Source: Hemiscyllium ocellatum
Lineage: Eukaryota
DNA: 64,000 nucleotides
Direction: 5' to 3'
Assembly: GCF_020745735.1 (NCBI RefSeq)
Contig: NC_083417.1
Span: forward strand, 49,972,001-50,036,000
In this document: piece after piece, positions 13,153 to 24,775 of the stretch
Numbering within the stretch: the first letter of the stretch is position 1
How the letters are laid out: each line of letters opens with the position of its first letter
The notes under the pieces: model-generated
What the model saw: the letters and a program-made list of their open reading frames with translations, nothing else
Told to the model about the DNA's origin: nothing
Database searches by the model: none
Program-made: the position numbers and the translations under genes

Positions 13153-13694
13153 TATGTGTTCATAGTTCATATATGTTCACACAAATGTGTATATTAATAT
13201 GTGTAAGATATCATGTCCTGACCTGCAAAGTTGAATTGTTCATAATCTCTTAAAAGATACAGAACCTTTTTTCATGGCTGTTATATCCTTTTATTCACTT
13301 AACAGTCAAAAGCTTGTATAAACATCATTTTAGCCCAAAAGATAGACTAGTTTTAATGAAAAACTGCATCAGCTTTCTGTTTTGTCCAAGTTTTACTTGT
13401 TAATTGTTGACTTAAATGACACAGACAGTAGAAACTAATATTACTTTATCCAGGGTATAATCTTTGGCAGTCAAGGGTAGCTAATTGAGGGATGCAGTGT
13501 CTGTGACAGTATCGGTAATTCTTTTCTGTTACATGGCTGCACCCTGGAAATAAAACTCATGCAGAAATTGCAAAACAAACTTCATCCAATTGAATTCCAT
13601 TTATGATGTATCCCAATAGCAAGACTGCATCAAGAATTGAAAGTTTAACTTGATATAGGTGGAATATTTTCTTTATCATGTCTTGGTAATATAG

Positions 13695-13912
13695 GTTTGA
13701 TTTGATTCATTATTGTCATATATACGGAGATACAAGGAAAAGTATTGTTTTGCGTGCTAACCAGACAAAAAATATCTTATGTAAGTACGTCAGGGTATTT
13801 GAACAGAATGCAGAATACAGTGTTACAGCTACAGAGAAGGTGCAGAGGAAGATCAACTCTAATATATGAATAGTCCATTCATAAGTCTGATAACAGCAGG
13901 GAAGAAGCTGGT
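13695..13912 (-). mobile_element. Non-LTR retrotransposon 3' end (possibly Rex1/RTE-type)
   Basis: (tttga)n-type tail followed by attattgtca...cagaatgcagaatacagtgttacagctacagag...cagggaagaagctg. Family assignment is from memory only. Confidence 0.4.
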
Positions 13913-14123
13913 GCAACAAGTACAATGCGGACACTATTTCAAGGCTTTTTCCTCACAAATCTGCAAATTGAATTCAGGAACACTATTTTCCAGTTATTTC
14001 CTGGTGTGACCTTTTAATGGACACCTGTAATGCTTCAGAAACGAACTTGATTGCTGAGAAAATCTTTTTTTATTTGAGTAACCTGTGATGTGTTTCTGTA
14101 AATACCAATTTGTATTCTGATCT

Positions 14124-14286
14124 GGGCATCCGTCAGCTCAGTTGGCTTGCAGATGGTTTGTGATGTAGAGTAACACCAGCAGCATGTGTTCAATTCCTGC
14201 ACTGAGGTTACCACGAAAGTTTCACCTACTCAAGCTCACCCCTCACCTGAGACTTGGTGACCCTAAGGTTAAACCACCAGCAGTTG

Positions 14287-14322
<36 letters not shown>

Positions 14323-14379
14323 CCTCTCTCAGAAGAGAGCAGCCCTATGGTCCTCTGGGACTTTGATGACTTTACCTTC
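14124..14379 (+). mobile_element. tRNA-headed SINE, family 2 (internal (CT)n, tail gactttacctt)
   Basis: A-box-like agctcagttgg and B-box-like gttcaattcc. Homologous to 49258-50031 and 32711-32971. Confidence 0.7.
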
Positions 14380-15575
14380 ACCAATTCAGAACTGAATGCA
14401 ATGTTGAGCTACATCTTCATTCTGCTATAGTGGAATTCAACCCAGAAAAGTGTGAGGTAAGGCAGTTGTGAAGGGCTAACAAGGCAGGGGATTTCACTAC
14501 GAACAGTAGGACTCTGCAAAATATTGAAGATCAGAGGGACTTTGGTATGCACATCTTTAGCTTCCTGGAGGCAGTAGGACAGGTAGATACGGTGGTTCAG
14601 AAGGCCTATGAGATACTTGCCTTTCTTAGTCAAGGCACAGAATACAGGAACAAGGAGGTTGTTGGTATGAAAGACTGGTTAGACCACAACTGACTTTGCA
14701 GCTGGAGACATGGAGTTTTGAGCAAAAATGTAACTTTAAATCAATGAACCAGTAACCAATCTTTATTAGCATAAACTCCGGTTTAACCATTTTCACTTTC
14801 CATCAGTCTCAGTTACTAATAGGTTTTAACAGGTTCAATGTTACACCCAATTATATTATTGATAATCCACTTATAAATCAAACTATTTAAATAAATACAA
14901 TGACTGTATATTTCAGTGTGTTGATTTTACAAATAGTATGTTGTTATGCAGACAACAATAAGGGCAATAGGTGTGAAATATTACTACTGGTTAATTAACT
15001 AATATGTCTGCTTTTACGTGTTTAGTCTTTTAGGTAAAAGAAAGTGATCAAAGAATTGTTAAATCCTTACTACTTAGAACCATCATCTGAAAGAAAGTGC
15101 TTGAAATGACAGTGATACACTTGTGCTGAAGCAAATACAGAGGATGATTGGTGTGATATTTTTGGAGGGAATTGGAAAACCATTGTAACCTTGAACAGAA
15201 TTGTTGAAATTCCATCTGCACCATGTTAAAGACTGCCATTTCTAAAATCAGTTGTATATATATTTTAAAAAATAATTTCAGAATTTCTGGTGACACTTTA
15301 TAGGGAAGAGAGCTTGAGCTGAAAAACAATGTCATTTTTTTTGGGGGGGTGATGTTTCTCCCTTTTGTGCACTCTAACTTCAACAGAGGATCTGAGAATG
15401 TCCCAGAGAACTGGTATAACCAACAAACAGCTTGGAGAAGTCTCCCTCCTTCCCTCTGCCTGCTCTCCACCCAAGAAATTCAACCTTTAAGTGTTGGCTT
15501 TTCAGTTGAAGCAAGAACAGGTACTCAGGACATAGGATGTCAGTCATCACTTAAAAGGTACACATTAAAGTCACA

Positions 15576-15740
15576 CATAGAGTCATACAGCATGGAAACA
15601 AACCCTTCAGTCCAACCAATCCATACCGAACATAATCCCAAACTAAACTAGTCCCACCTGCCTGCTCCTGGCCCATATCACTCAAAACCTTTCCTGTTCA
15701 TGTAGCTATCCAAATGATTTTAAATGTTGTAATTGTAACC
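15576..15740 (-). mobile_element. Short CR1 3' end
   Basis: catagagtcatacagcatggaaaca...ctagtcccacctgcc matches the 3' UTR of the longer CR1 copies. Confidence 0.75.
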
Positions 15741-17717
15741 CCAGCCACAACATTGCTACACTTCAACCTCCAAGGATGGTACGTGTATCAGGAAATCTGT
15801 TCACATTAAACCACTTAAACAAAATGTAAACCTGAAGTTAACAGCACATTCTCAAAGCATATTCCAGCGCAAAAGCCAGACATGACAATTTGAGGAATGT
15901 AATCTAAACACCTCCTATTTGTGGGGATGGTTAAGCATCATTATTCAGCAAATAAAATCGGAGGCATCCAATGTTTTCCATCAAAATGCCACCTTAAATC
16001 AATGAACCAGTAAAGCTTCCTTGATTATCATAGAGGGTCATTTCACAAACAACTCCAGTTGTTCAAATTCACTCATTTCAAATGTACATATTTGACATGC
16101 AAATCCTATGTCTTAGTTATAATAACAACATCTTATGTTAACTTATCCCACCACAACCACTCTCTCCTTCCTATAGAATTTGTACAGGAGCTCTGCTGGT
16201 GGGTCAATGTCATTATGGCAGGATTCTTATTCAGAGATGTTTGTGATAAAATAGTTGTTCTCCTGTAACATTGAGCATAAGATGTCAATGTTCACTGCTG
16301 CATTCATGTCAAGAAAGACTGTAAAGTATAAGAATAATGGGACCCTGACACAGAAGGATGGTGGGAGCATATATTCAAGGTAGAGACTGAAGTAGGGGAT
16401 GGAAGATGAGAGTGAAAAGGAAGAAAGCAAAGTAAAAGTGAATAAGAGACCAGCAGGTAGGAATGATGAGTAATTTTTATTCTCTCATGGGATGTAGCTG
16501 TCGCTGGCAAGGATTTATTGCCTATCCCCAGTTGTTCTTGAGAACGTCTTGGTAAATTGACTTCCTGAACCACTGCAGTCAATCTGGTTAAATGCATGAC
16601 AAGTGGGAGAAGTTGGCGGGGGGCGGGGGTAACAGTAAACAGATAGGATGAGATATGGGGAAGAGGATAATGGAGGAAGGAACAATGGAAATAAGATAAG
16701 AAGAGAGAGGAGAAAATTGAAGAGAGAGGAATAGGATGGAAAATGGAGATGGTGGGAGTAAATACATTGAGTGAGAAGAAGGTAGTTAGGCAAAAATGCC
16801 TCTTCAGGTCCATTTTGTGTGGATGTTTATAAATCTCTGAGCCGGGGTGCCAAGCATTCTGTCACTTTTAATTTTCCATTAGATCCAATTTCCAAATGAG
16901 TTCAGGGTAAAAGGATGATATTTAGGTGCCAGCTGAGTCAAAGTTGTCATTGAAGGCTCTAACATTATACTGGGTTGGATGATGATGGAGAAGTCAGCGA
17001 AATAATGTACCTTTGTATTAAGTGAAAGAAAGGGGGAAACTGTAGTATGGTCTACTTTATCGTCAAGTTTGTGCTGATTGTGAGAGGAAAATGAATGTTT
17101 ATCATGCAGTCGCAGTGATCAACTTAGTTCCATTGCCTGTTGTCACCAATGTTGTGCCACATCTCCAGTGGCTGCACGTACAATTGACCAATCAACTGGC
17201 ACGTGTCAAACACTTTCCAGACAGACTTTCTCCTGCCTTTCTCTGGTTGTACTGTAATATTGCAATGGGAGGCAAGATTAGATTTGGCATCATCAAACAA
17301 AGCCTTATACATCTGCTTCATGATCTAGGATTCCTTCACTTGATATTGGGCATTGAGTGTAGATGAGGCAGTGAGTTGACTAAACTGGGAGAAAGTGAAA
17401 TTACTGTTGGTTGACACCAGATGATGCTTCCGAGCTTGCAGGGATTGCCTGTTTTTTTCTCTCAAGTGGGAAAAGACATGAATACCATGTCTTGTATGGG
17501 TTAGAAATGCAGTCACTAGAGCTTATCCATGGGATTAATAATTACAGCATTACTATCTAATATTTTAATATCAAGATGGTAGATGAAATGATGGGTGGGT
17601 AGGTTACATCACATTTTCAGAAATCATTAAGGGAATATTAATTTATAAAATACATTTTCACAGTTTTAAATAAATTCTGCTCCTTGTGATCTGAATTTAG
17701 TCATTCCTATGCTGCAC

Positions 17718-18074
17718 GGGGGCGACACAGTAGCTCAGTGGTTAGCACTGCTGCCTCACAGCTAGGGACCTGGGTTTGATTCCAGCCTTGGGCACTGTCT
17801 GTGTGGAGTTTGCACATTCTCCCCATGTCTGCGTGGGTTTCCTCTGGGTGCTCTGGTTTCCTCCCACAGTCAAAAGATGTGTAGATTAGGTGAATTGGCC
17901 AAGCTAAAATGTTGCCCATAGTGTTTAGGGATGTGTAGGCTGGGTGCATTAGTCAGTGTAAATATAGAGTAATCAGGTAGGGGAATGGTTCTGGGTGGGT
18001 TACTCTTCAGAGGGTCAGTGTGGACTTGCTGGGCCTAAGGGCCTGTTTCCACACTGTAGGGATTCTATGATTCT
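17718..18074 (+). mobile_element. HE1-type V-SINE, older subfamily
   Basis: tRNA head (agctcagtggttagcac, ggtttgattcc), V core and CR1-like tail ending gattctat. Confidence 0.85.
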
Positions 18075-18867
18075 TCTACCCAGTGCCTTGGAGGTGGATG
18101 TACATACAGATTTTCAGCCTCCCCCTTCATACATGACTAAGAAGCACCACAGTGAACAATATTTGACATACAATTTAACATTGTAAAGCCAGTCGTAATG
18201 TCACCTGCAGGTGCAATTGGCACAAGAGTTAAATATTTACTCTCATTCTCAAAGTCTGACCCAGGAATTTACAGTGTATTTTAAGACGGAATGTGTGACT
18301 AACTCTGCACTTTTAATATGCAATGGAGTAAAAATGAGCATGGGAATTAAAAGTAGAAAAATTTGAAAGGAAGTCCACGCCAAGGTAAGGTTTTTCATTT
18401 TGAAGACTACAACTAATTGCCAAGTACACATAATTATTAATGATGCTGTACACATAAGTATAAGAATTAGCAGCCTATCAGCATACAAAGGTTCCATATC
18501 GTGGTACGAATACATTATTGGTGTAAACTGTATCATACAGTGTTAATGATAAAATAAATTGGAAATTGTAATATGTTCCTAACATTACATGTGGGAATTC
18601 AAGACCACAGGGAGGGTTTTCAACATGGCAGTCAGGCAAGGTGATCAGTCATCCTTTTTTTTATTATTATTAACCTATTTTTCTAAACAGCCTGCTCAGA
18701 TATGTTATTACTTTGGAGCAGATGAGACTTGAACCTTGGCCTCCCAGTCCATACTACCACTGTGCCACAAGATGACCCTTCGTTCAGCCATTTTAGAAAC
18801 TGCTTGATATTCATTTCAGTTGATTTCAATGAAAAAATAAGTTGGTAATTTTCTCTTTATGGGTAAC

Positions 18868-19021
18868 TAACATTTAAAAGGCACCTGGATGGATATATGA
18901 ATAGGAAGAGTTTGCAGGGATATGGGCCAAATGCTGGCAAATGGATTTAGATTTATTTAGGATATCCGGTTGTCATGGACGAAGGGTCTGTTTCTGTACT
19001 GTGTACCTCTATGACTCTATG
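18868..19021 (+). mobile_element. Short CR1 3' end
   Basis: catttaaaaggcacctggatggatatatgaatagga...ctctatgactctatg. Confidence 0.75.
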
Positions 19022-19207
19022 GCCTGCATCAGCCATCCTGGCAATAAATTGAAATTCAGGCTTGCAGGGTTTTTTTGTTTTGCAGAAGAGGTGGGATTGG
19101 AAGAGAGGTATGTGTAACACAATCCCCATTATGTTCTTCCTTTCATTTTTCCATAACTAATTCCTACAAGGTAACATAGAATAGAAACTGCGTCTATAAA
19201 CGCAGGT

Positions 19208-19518
19208 GGGGCGGCACGGTGGCACAGTGGTTAGCACTGCTGCCTCACAGCGCCTGTAGACCCGGGTTCAATTCCCGACTCAGGCGACTGACTGTGTGGA
19301 GTTTGCACGTTCTCCCCGTGTCTGCGTGGGTTTCCTCCGGGTGCTCCGGTTTCCTCCCACAGTCCAAAGATGTGCGGGTCAGGTGAATTGGCCAAGCTAA
19401 ATTGCCCGTAGTGTTAGGTAAGGGGTAAATGTAGGGGTATGGGTGGGTTGCGCTTCGGCGGGTCGGTGTGGACTTGTTGGACCGAAGGGCCTGTTTCCAC
19501 ACTGTAAGTCTAATCTAA
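19208..19518 (+). mobile_element. Full-length young HE1-type V-SINE
   Basis: A box tggcacagtgg, B box ggttcaattcc, V core, CR1-derived tail and taatctaa end. CpGs are retained. Confidence 0.9.
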
Positions 19519-19928
19519 ACTTGTCATATTATAATTGCATCCTCATCAATGAAGGGAATATGGTGCTGCTAATAGGAGGGGAGTGAAGTATAATTTTGAT
19601 GAATTCTCAAGACAGTTTTGCATTATAAAAACAGAGAAAGGAATTGACAATGGAAACGTTGACAAAAGGAATACATTCAGACCTAGGCTTTTTAAATATA
19701 TTATTGTTACAGTGGCAGGCATTTCCCTGCTCTCTGGTTACCTGTTAACCTTTCTGCTCCACGGTGATGTATTCAGATTTGAAGAAAAAAAAAGGCATTT
19801 GATCATTCAGACTAAACAGAATTGAGTCTCCATAATTTTATGTTTCAGGAGGTAAAAAGCTGAAAAATTGTAACATGAAGTTTCCATGGAGTTTCATCTT
19901 AAAATGTGATTATTCTTTTGTTGCTCAG

Positions 19929-20053
19929 AGATGCTATTCTTACCAGCTCCATCAACTGTGTGACAAGCTTCTTCTCAGGATTTGCAATTTTCTCTGTGTT
20001 GGGCTATATGGCGTTCAAGCACGGAGTTGATATTTCAGAAGTGGCAACAGATG
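19929..20053 (+). CDS. slc6a2: NET-like transporter internal exon, TM7/EL4; 125 nt, phase 2-1
   Basis: Acceptor ttttgttgctcag| and donor |gtaagc. Translates (R)[41 protein letters not shown](G). Phase matches the previous exon. Confidence 0.93.
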
Positions 20054-20094
20054 GTAAGCACTTTATACAGATTTTATTGTATGTTTTCAATTTC

Positions 20095-20262
20095 AAAAGC
20101 AAAATTTTGCAGATGTTGGAGATCTGAAATAAAAACAGAAAGAGATGGAAATACACAAGAGATTCTGGTTCTAATTAATTACCATCACCTAAACTTTTAA
20201 CTCTTTCTCTCTCCACACATCCTGTCACATCTGCTGAATGTTTCCAACACTTTTTGTTTTTA
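20095..20262. mobile_element. Degenerate Penelope-like mini fold-back element
   Basis: Tail tgcagatgttggagatctgaaataaaaacagaa with the complementary end ctgctgaatgtttccaacactttttgttttta. Lies 41 nt downstream of the exon donor. Confidence 0.55.
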
Positions 20263-22075
20263 ATACATTTTCAATTTAATATCTGATTTGCAAAATACAG
20301 ATAACAAAAAACTTCAGTTGGTTCAAGGCTCAAAACAGAGATTTTTTTATTCTCAAAATGTGAATTTGAATCTGAATCAGGACGTTTTGTGGATGTTACA
20401 AAAGTCATTTACATCTGTGTTTCAATTTTTAAAAAAATATTAATTCACGGGATGTGGACATCACTGGTCAAGCCTGTGTTTATTGCCCATTTAAATCCAT
20501 GACGACTTCCGTTTAGTAGGACAAGGGCAGAAGATGCATGGGGAATACCACCACCTTCAAGTTCCCCTTCAAGCCACTCACCATCCTGACTTGGAAATAA
20601 TATTGCACTTGCTTCACTGTCAAAGGGGTCAAAATCCTGGAATTCCCTCCCCAATGGCATTGTGGAGGGACTGCACAATCCAACACTGGCCAACCTATGA
20701 CAGGTGGACTACAGCAGTTCAAGGAGGCAGCTCACCTCCTCAAGGGCAGTTAGGGACAGGCAATAAATACTGGCCAACTAACAATGCCCACGTTCCACAG
20801 ATTGGTTAAAAATTGTTCTCAAAGGCGATCACATTGCTGTGGGTCTGGAGTTGCATGTGGTCCAGTCCTGACTAAGACAACAGATTTTCTTTCTGAAAAA
20901 AAATGTTTTGCCATTTGGTCAACTTTTTAATTCCAGATTTTTACTGAATTCAAATTCCACTATCGAATTTGAACCCATGCACCCAGAATATTAATCTGGG
21001 GATTCTGATTACTAGTCCAGTAATAGTATTGCAACACCAACACCTTCCTTGCATTTTAATCCATTAGGGCACAGAGATTAATATTAGTATCTCAGAGAAA
21101 CTGAATAAAGATGCAGCATTTCTATGAAGATTGAATATTTGTTACAGCTGTAAAATTGCAAGGGTTTGCTGTAAAATTTGACTGGATATGTCTGGCAAAG
21201 TGTTATGTATGCAGTTAGGGGTCCTGCCCCTTTAAGAGAGGTGATCATGTGACCTAGAGAGGCAGAGCTTGGGTCCAGTCTGGAGCTGGCTGTGGAGGTG
21301 TGGATGGTTAGTAAAATGCTCCTGTTCAGATTCACCATTTGTCTACCTGCTATATAATTCCTGGTTATAAAGGGAACACCAACATAACAGAAAGGATGAC
21401 TCTTTTGGCAAAGAGAAATTAAAATCTATTTGCTTCAAATTGGTTACATCATGGAAATAAATAATCTGAAAATTTCAACTTGGATTCCCAATGTTCATGG
21501 TATTGCAAATGCTGTTTATTTTTGGTAAAGAATAATTTCAAACAAATGTTTTTTTGCATTTCAATTCTGATTCATGTGCATTCCACCCATTTGTATCTTA
21601 AAATGCGCAAGAGGTATAGGACTCCCATGTCTGAGGCTATGTCTGTTTTTCAGCTTAATTCAAGATAGATTTACAGATAAGATGGTAAGTGATGTCTTGC
21701 CATTTTCAACAAGCTATGCCCTTGTACCTGAAAACAGGGGTGCAGATTGAAATAACTCTACAGATATTGGTATTCAGTCCCCAAGTCATCCTTTATTTGC
21801 ATGTGGAAAGTCATTGACAATGATCTCGCTCCCTCAGAAGCAACTCTCAGAGTGAACAGGATGTCTGACACTCCTGTTTTTCACTTTTTCTTTGGAGAGT
21901 TCTTGACAGTGACCAAGCTCCCACAGAGCCAGCTCTCAGAGTAAGCAGGATGTCTGTACTATTACTTATTTCCCATTTCTAAGTCACCCTTTATTTACAC
22001 GTGGAGATTCCTTTGCATGATCCAGCTCCTTCAGAGTCAGTGCTCAGAGTGAACAGGATGTCTGACACCCCTGTT

Positions 22076-22279
22076 CATTTTTTCTCTTTTCTCTTTTCTC
22101 TTTTCCCATGTCGCTTGTGTGCAGGTGTTGGACACAGTGAGAAACAACAAATGTGTAAATCTTTATTTATATTCCACCACCAGGAAGAAAGGAAACACCC
22201 GAGTGGACAGTAACAAGCAGTGCCCATCTGAAAGGGCAATGCTGCGATATCAAACAGTGAAGGGGAGAGCAGGGATTAA
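22076..22279 (-). mobile_element. Non-LTR retroposon 3' end (Tx1-like), copy 1, inside the LTR
   Basis: A-rich tail on the minus strand, flanked by acacccct and acactcct. Homologous to copies 2 and 3. Confidence 0.7.
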
Positions 22280-22286
22280 ACACTCC

Positions 22287-22543
22287 TTTTTTTTGTTTTT
22301 CTTTTTTCTTTATTATAACCCCCACACTACTACCCTAACTGCGGTAGTGCTTATTTTTCCTAGCACCCATGTTGTGTGTGTGCAGGTGTGAGACACAGTG
22401 AAAGACACAAGGTGTACAAATCGTTATTCAATTTCCATCATCAGGAAGAAAAGAAACACCCGAGTAGCCAGTGACAAGCAGTGCCCTTCACATCAAAGGG
22501 CAATGCTGCGTGATCAAATAGTAAAGGGGAAGACAGGGATTAA
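22287..22543 (-). mobile_element. Non-LTR retroposon 3' end (Tx1-like), copy 2, in tandem with copy 1
   Basis: A-rich tail, flanked by acactcct and acgctcct. Confidence 0.7.
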
Positions 22544-23613
22544 ACGCTCCTGTTTTTATCTGTCAGGCAGGGCTCCCTGATAGCACCAGGTTAGCAGCCC
22601 CAGTTAGGGAACTCATTCTGAGGTTCACCTGGCTGACTGCGTTACAATTACTACATCCCTCCCCCAAGTCCTAGGACATAAGCCTGTTCTTCTTCTTGTA
22701 GCTCCTCCTGGGGTGTTTTTACACCAGCTCAGGTTCCTCTGACTCTGCCCCAGATATGGGTGGCATGTAACATACAATAGCTCACCTCTTGTGCCCAGGG
22801 TGTCTTGGCAGAAATTCGTTCTTCTCTTCAGGTGGCAAATGTATTGAGGTGGTGACAGTCGGCTTATACATCACAGATTTTGAGGTATCTTTAATACTTG
22901 ACGGAGAGGGAGAAGCCACCGGTTCCATCAGCCTTTTCAACTGTTCCAGGGAGCTGGGCATTTTTTGCTCTGGCTCTGTTTGCAAGTTTGTAGCTTTCAT
23001 ATGGACCATGTGCTCATTCAGGACCGTCACACCTACCCAAACCTCATACATCAATGGAACTGATCTTGTGTCGACCTTGTCTCTCATCTTTGCAGGACCA
23101 TTTCCATGGTTCCTACACCAAACTTCATCCCCTGATACCAACCTTTCAGTTCTCACTGTACTCCGGCCTAGTGGGACTCTTTTGCTGTCTCCAGTCCACA
23201 TACCAGCGGCAACTACAATGGCTGACCGGCCCGGATCCTAAAGAAAATTTTAATCATTTGGCCGAGGCTTGGCTTTGTTTTGGGGTTTGCTTTGGGCTGA
23301 CCTAGAGTCCCTCTGTTCAGGATATGTCATAGAGTCATAGAGATATACAGCATGGAAGCATTCCCTTCGGTCCAACCTGTCCATGTCAACCAGATATCAC
23401 AACCCAATCTAGTCCCACCTGCCAGCACCGGCCCCATATCTCTCCAAACCATTCCTATTCATATACCCATCCACATGCCTTTAAAATGTTACAATTGTAC
23501 CAGCCTCCACCACTTCTTCTGGCAACCCATTCCATACACGTACCACCCTCTGTGTGAAAACGTTGCCCCTTAGGTCTCTTTTATATCTTTCCCCTCTTAC
23601 CAAAACCTATGCC

Positions 23614-23845
23614 AAGAATAGAAATTGAAGACTGCAGATGCTGGAGATTAGAGCTGAAAAATGTGTCGCTGGAAAAGCGCAGCAGGTCAGGCAACATCCA
23701 AGGAGCAGGAGAATCGACATTTCGGGCATAAGCCCTTCTTCAGGAACCTTCCTGAAAAAGGGCTTATGCCCAAAACGTCGATTATCCTGCTCCTTGGATG
23801 CTGCCTGACCTGCTGCGCTTTTCCAGCAATATATTTTTCAGCTCT
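23614..23845. mobile_element. Penelope-like mini fold-back insertion
   Basis: Tail, then 97-nt inverted arms at 23650-23746 and 23749-23845 with a 2-nt loop. Duplication aaacctatgcc at 23603-23613 and 23846-23856. Each arm has a hammerhead motif. Confidence 0.85.
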
Positions 23846-24528
23846 AAACCTATGCCCTCTAGTTCTGGACTCCCCCACCCCAGTGAAAAGACTTTGTCTA
23901 TTTATCCTATCCATGCCTCTCGTAATTTTGTAAACTTCTATAAGGTCACCCCTCAGCCTACGACACTCTAGGGAAAACAGTCCCAGCCTGTTCAGCCTCT
24001 CCCTATAGCTCAAATCCTCCACACCTGGCAAACTCCTTGTAAATCTTTCAAGTTTCACAACATCTTTCCAATAGGAAGGAGACCAGATTTGCACGCAACA
24101 TTCCAACAGTGGCCTAAACAATGTCCTGTAGAGCCGCAACATGACCTCCCAACTCCTGTACTCAATAATCTGACCAATAAAGGAAAGCATACCAAACGCC
24201 TTCTTCACAATTCCTATCTACCTACGACTCCACTTTCTAGGAGCTATGAACCTGCACTCCAAGGTCTCTTTGTTCAGCAACACTCCCTAGGACCTTACCA
24301 TTAAGTGTATAAGTCCTGCTAAGACTTGCTTTCCCAAAACGCAGCACCTCGCATTTATCTGAATTAAACTCCATGTGCCACTTCTCAGCTCATTGGCCGT
24401 TGGCCCATCTGATCAAGATCCTCTTGCAATCTGAGGTAACATTCTTCGCTGTCCACTACACCTCCAATTTTGGTGTCATCTACAAACCTGCTAACTGTAC
24501 CTCTTATGCTCGCATGCAAATCATTTAT

Positions 24529-24775
24529 TCTGGATCAGTGGTGCTGGAAGAGCACAGCAGTTCAGGCAGCATCCAATGAACAGCGAAATCGACGTTTCGG
24601 GCAAAAGCCCTTCATCAGGAATAAAGGCAGTGAGCTGGAAGCATGGAGAGTTAAGCTAGAGGAGGGTGGGGTGGGGAGAGAGTAGCATAGAGTACAATGG
24701 GTGAGTGGGGGAGGAGATGAAGGTGATAGGTCAGGGAGGAGAGGGTGGAGTGGATAGGTGGAAAAGAAGATAGGC
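24529..24775 (-). mobile_element. Penelope-like pLTR fragment (related subfamily) with intact hammerhead core
   Basis: Minus strand CUGAUGA-A-GGGC-UUUU-GCCC-GAAAC-GUC at 24587-24622. It replaces ~10 nt of the host CR1 relative to the copy at 3515-3542, with no duplication. Confidence 0.78.

Noticed and set aside
19208-19280. tRNA gene
   Set aside because: The A and B boxes belong to a SINE head that continues into the V core and LINE-derived tail.
21201-21335. Possible short solo LTR (tgttatg...ccctttaaga...catgtgac)
   Set aside because: No clear 3' end, target duplication or second copy in the window.
21785-22560. CRISPR-like repeat-spacer array
   Set aside because: The context is eukaryotic, the units are of variable length with A-rich linkers, the 'spacers' are homologous to each other, and there are no cas genes.
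8328-23856. Shared aaacctat in two Penelope-like target duplications as sequence specificity
   Set aside because: The other duplications (2780, 9087, 27674, 41822, 55460, 57361) do not share it.
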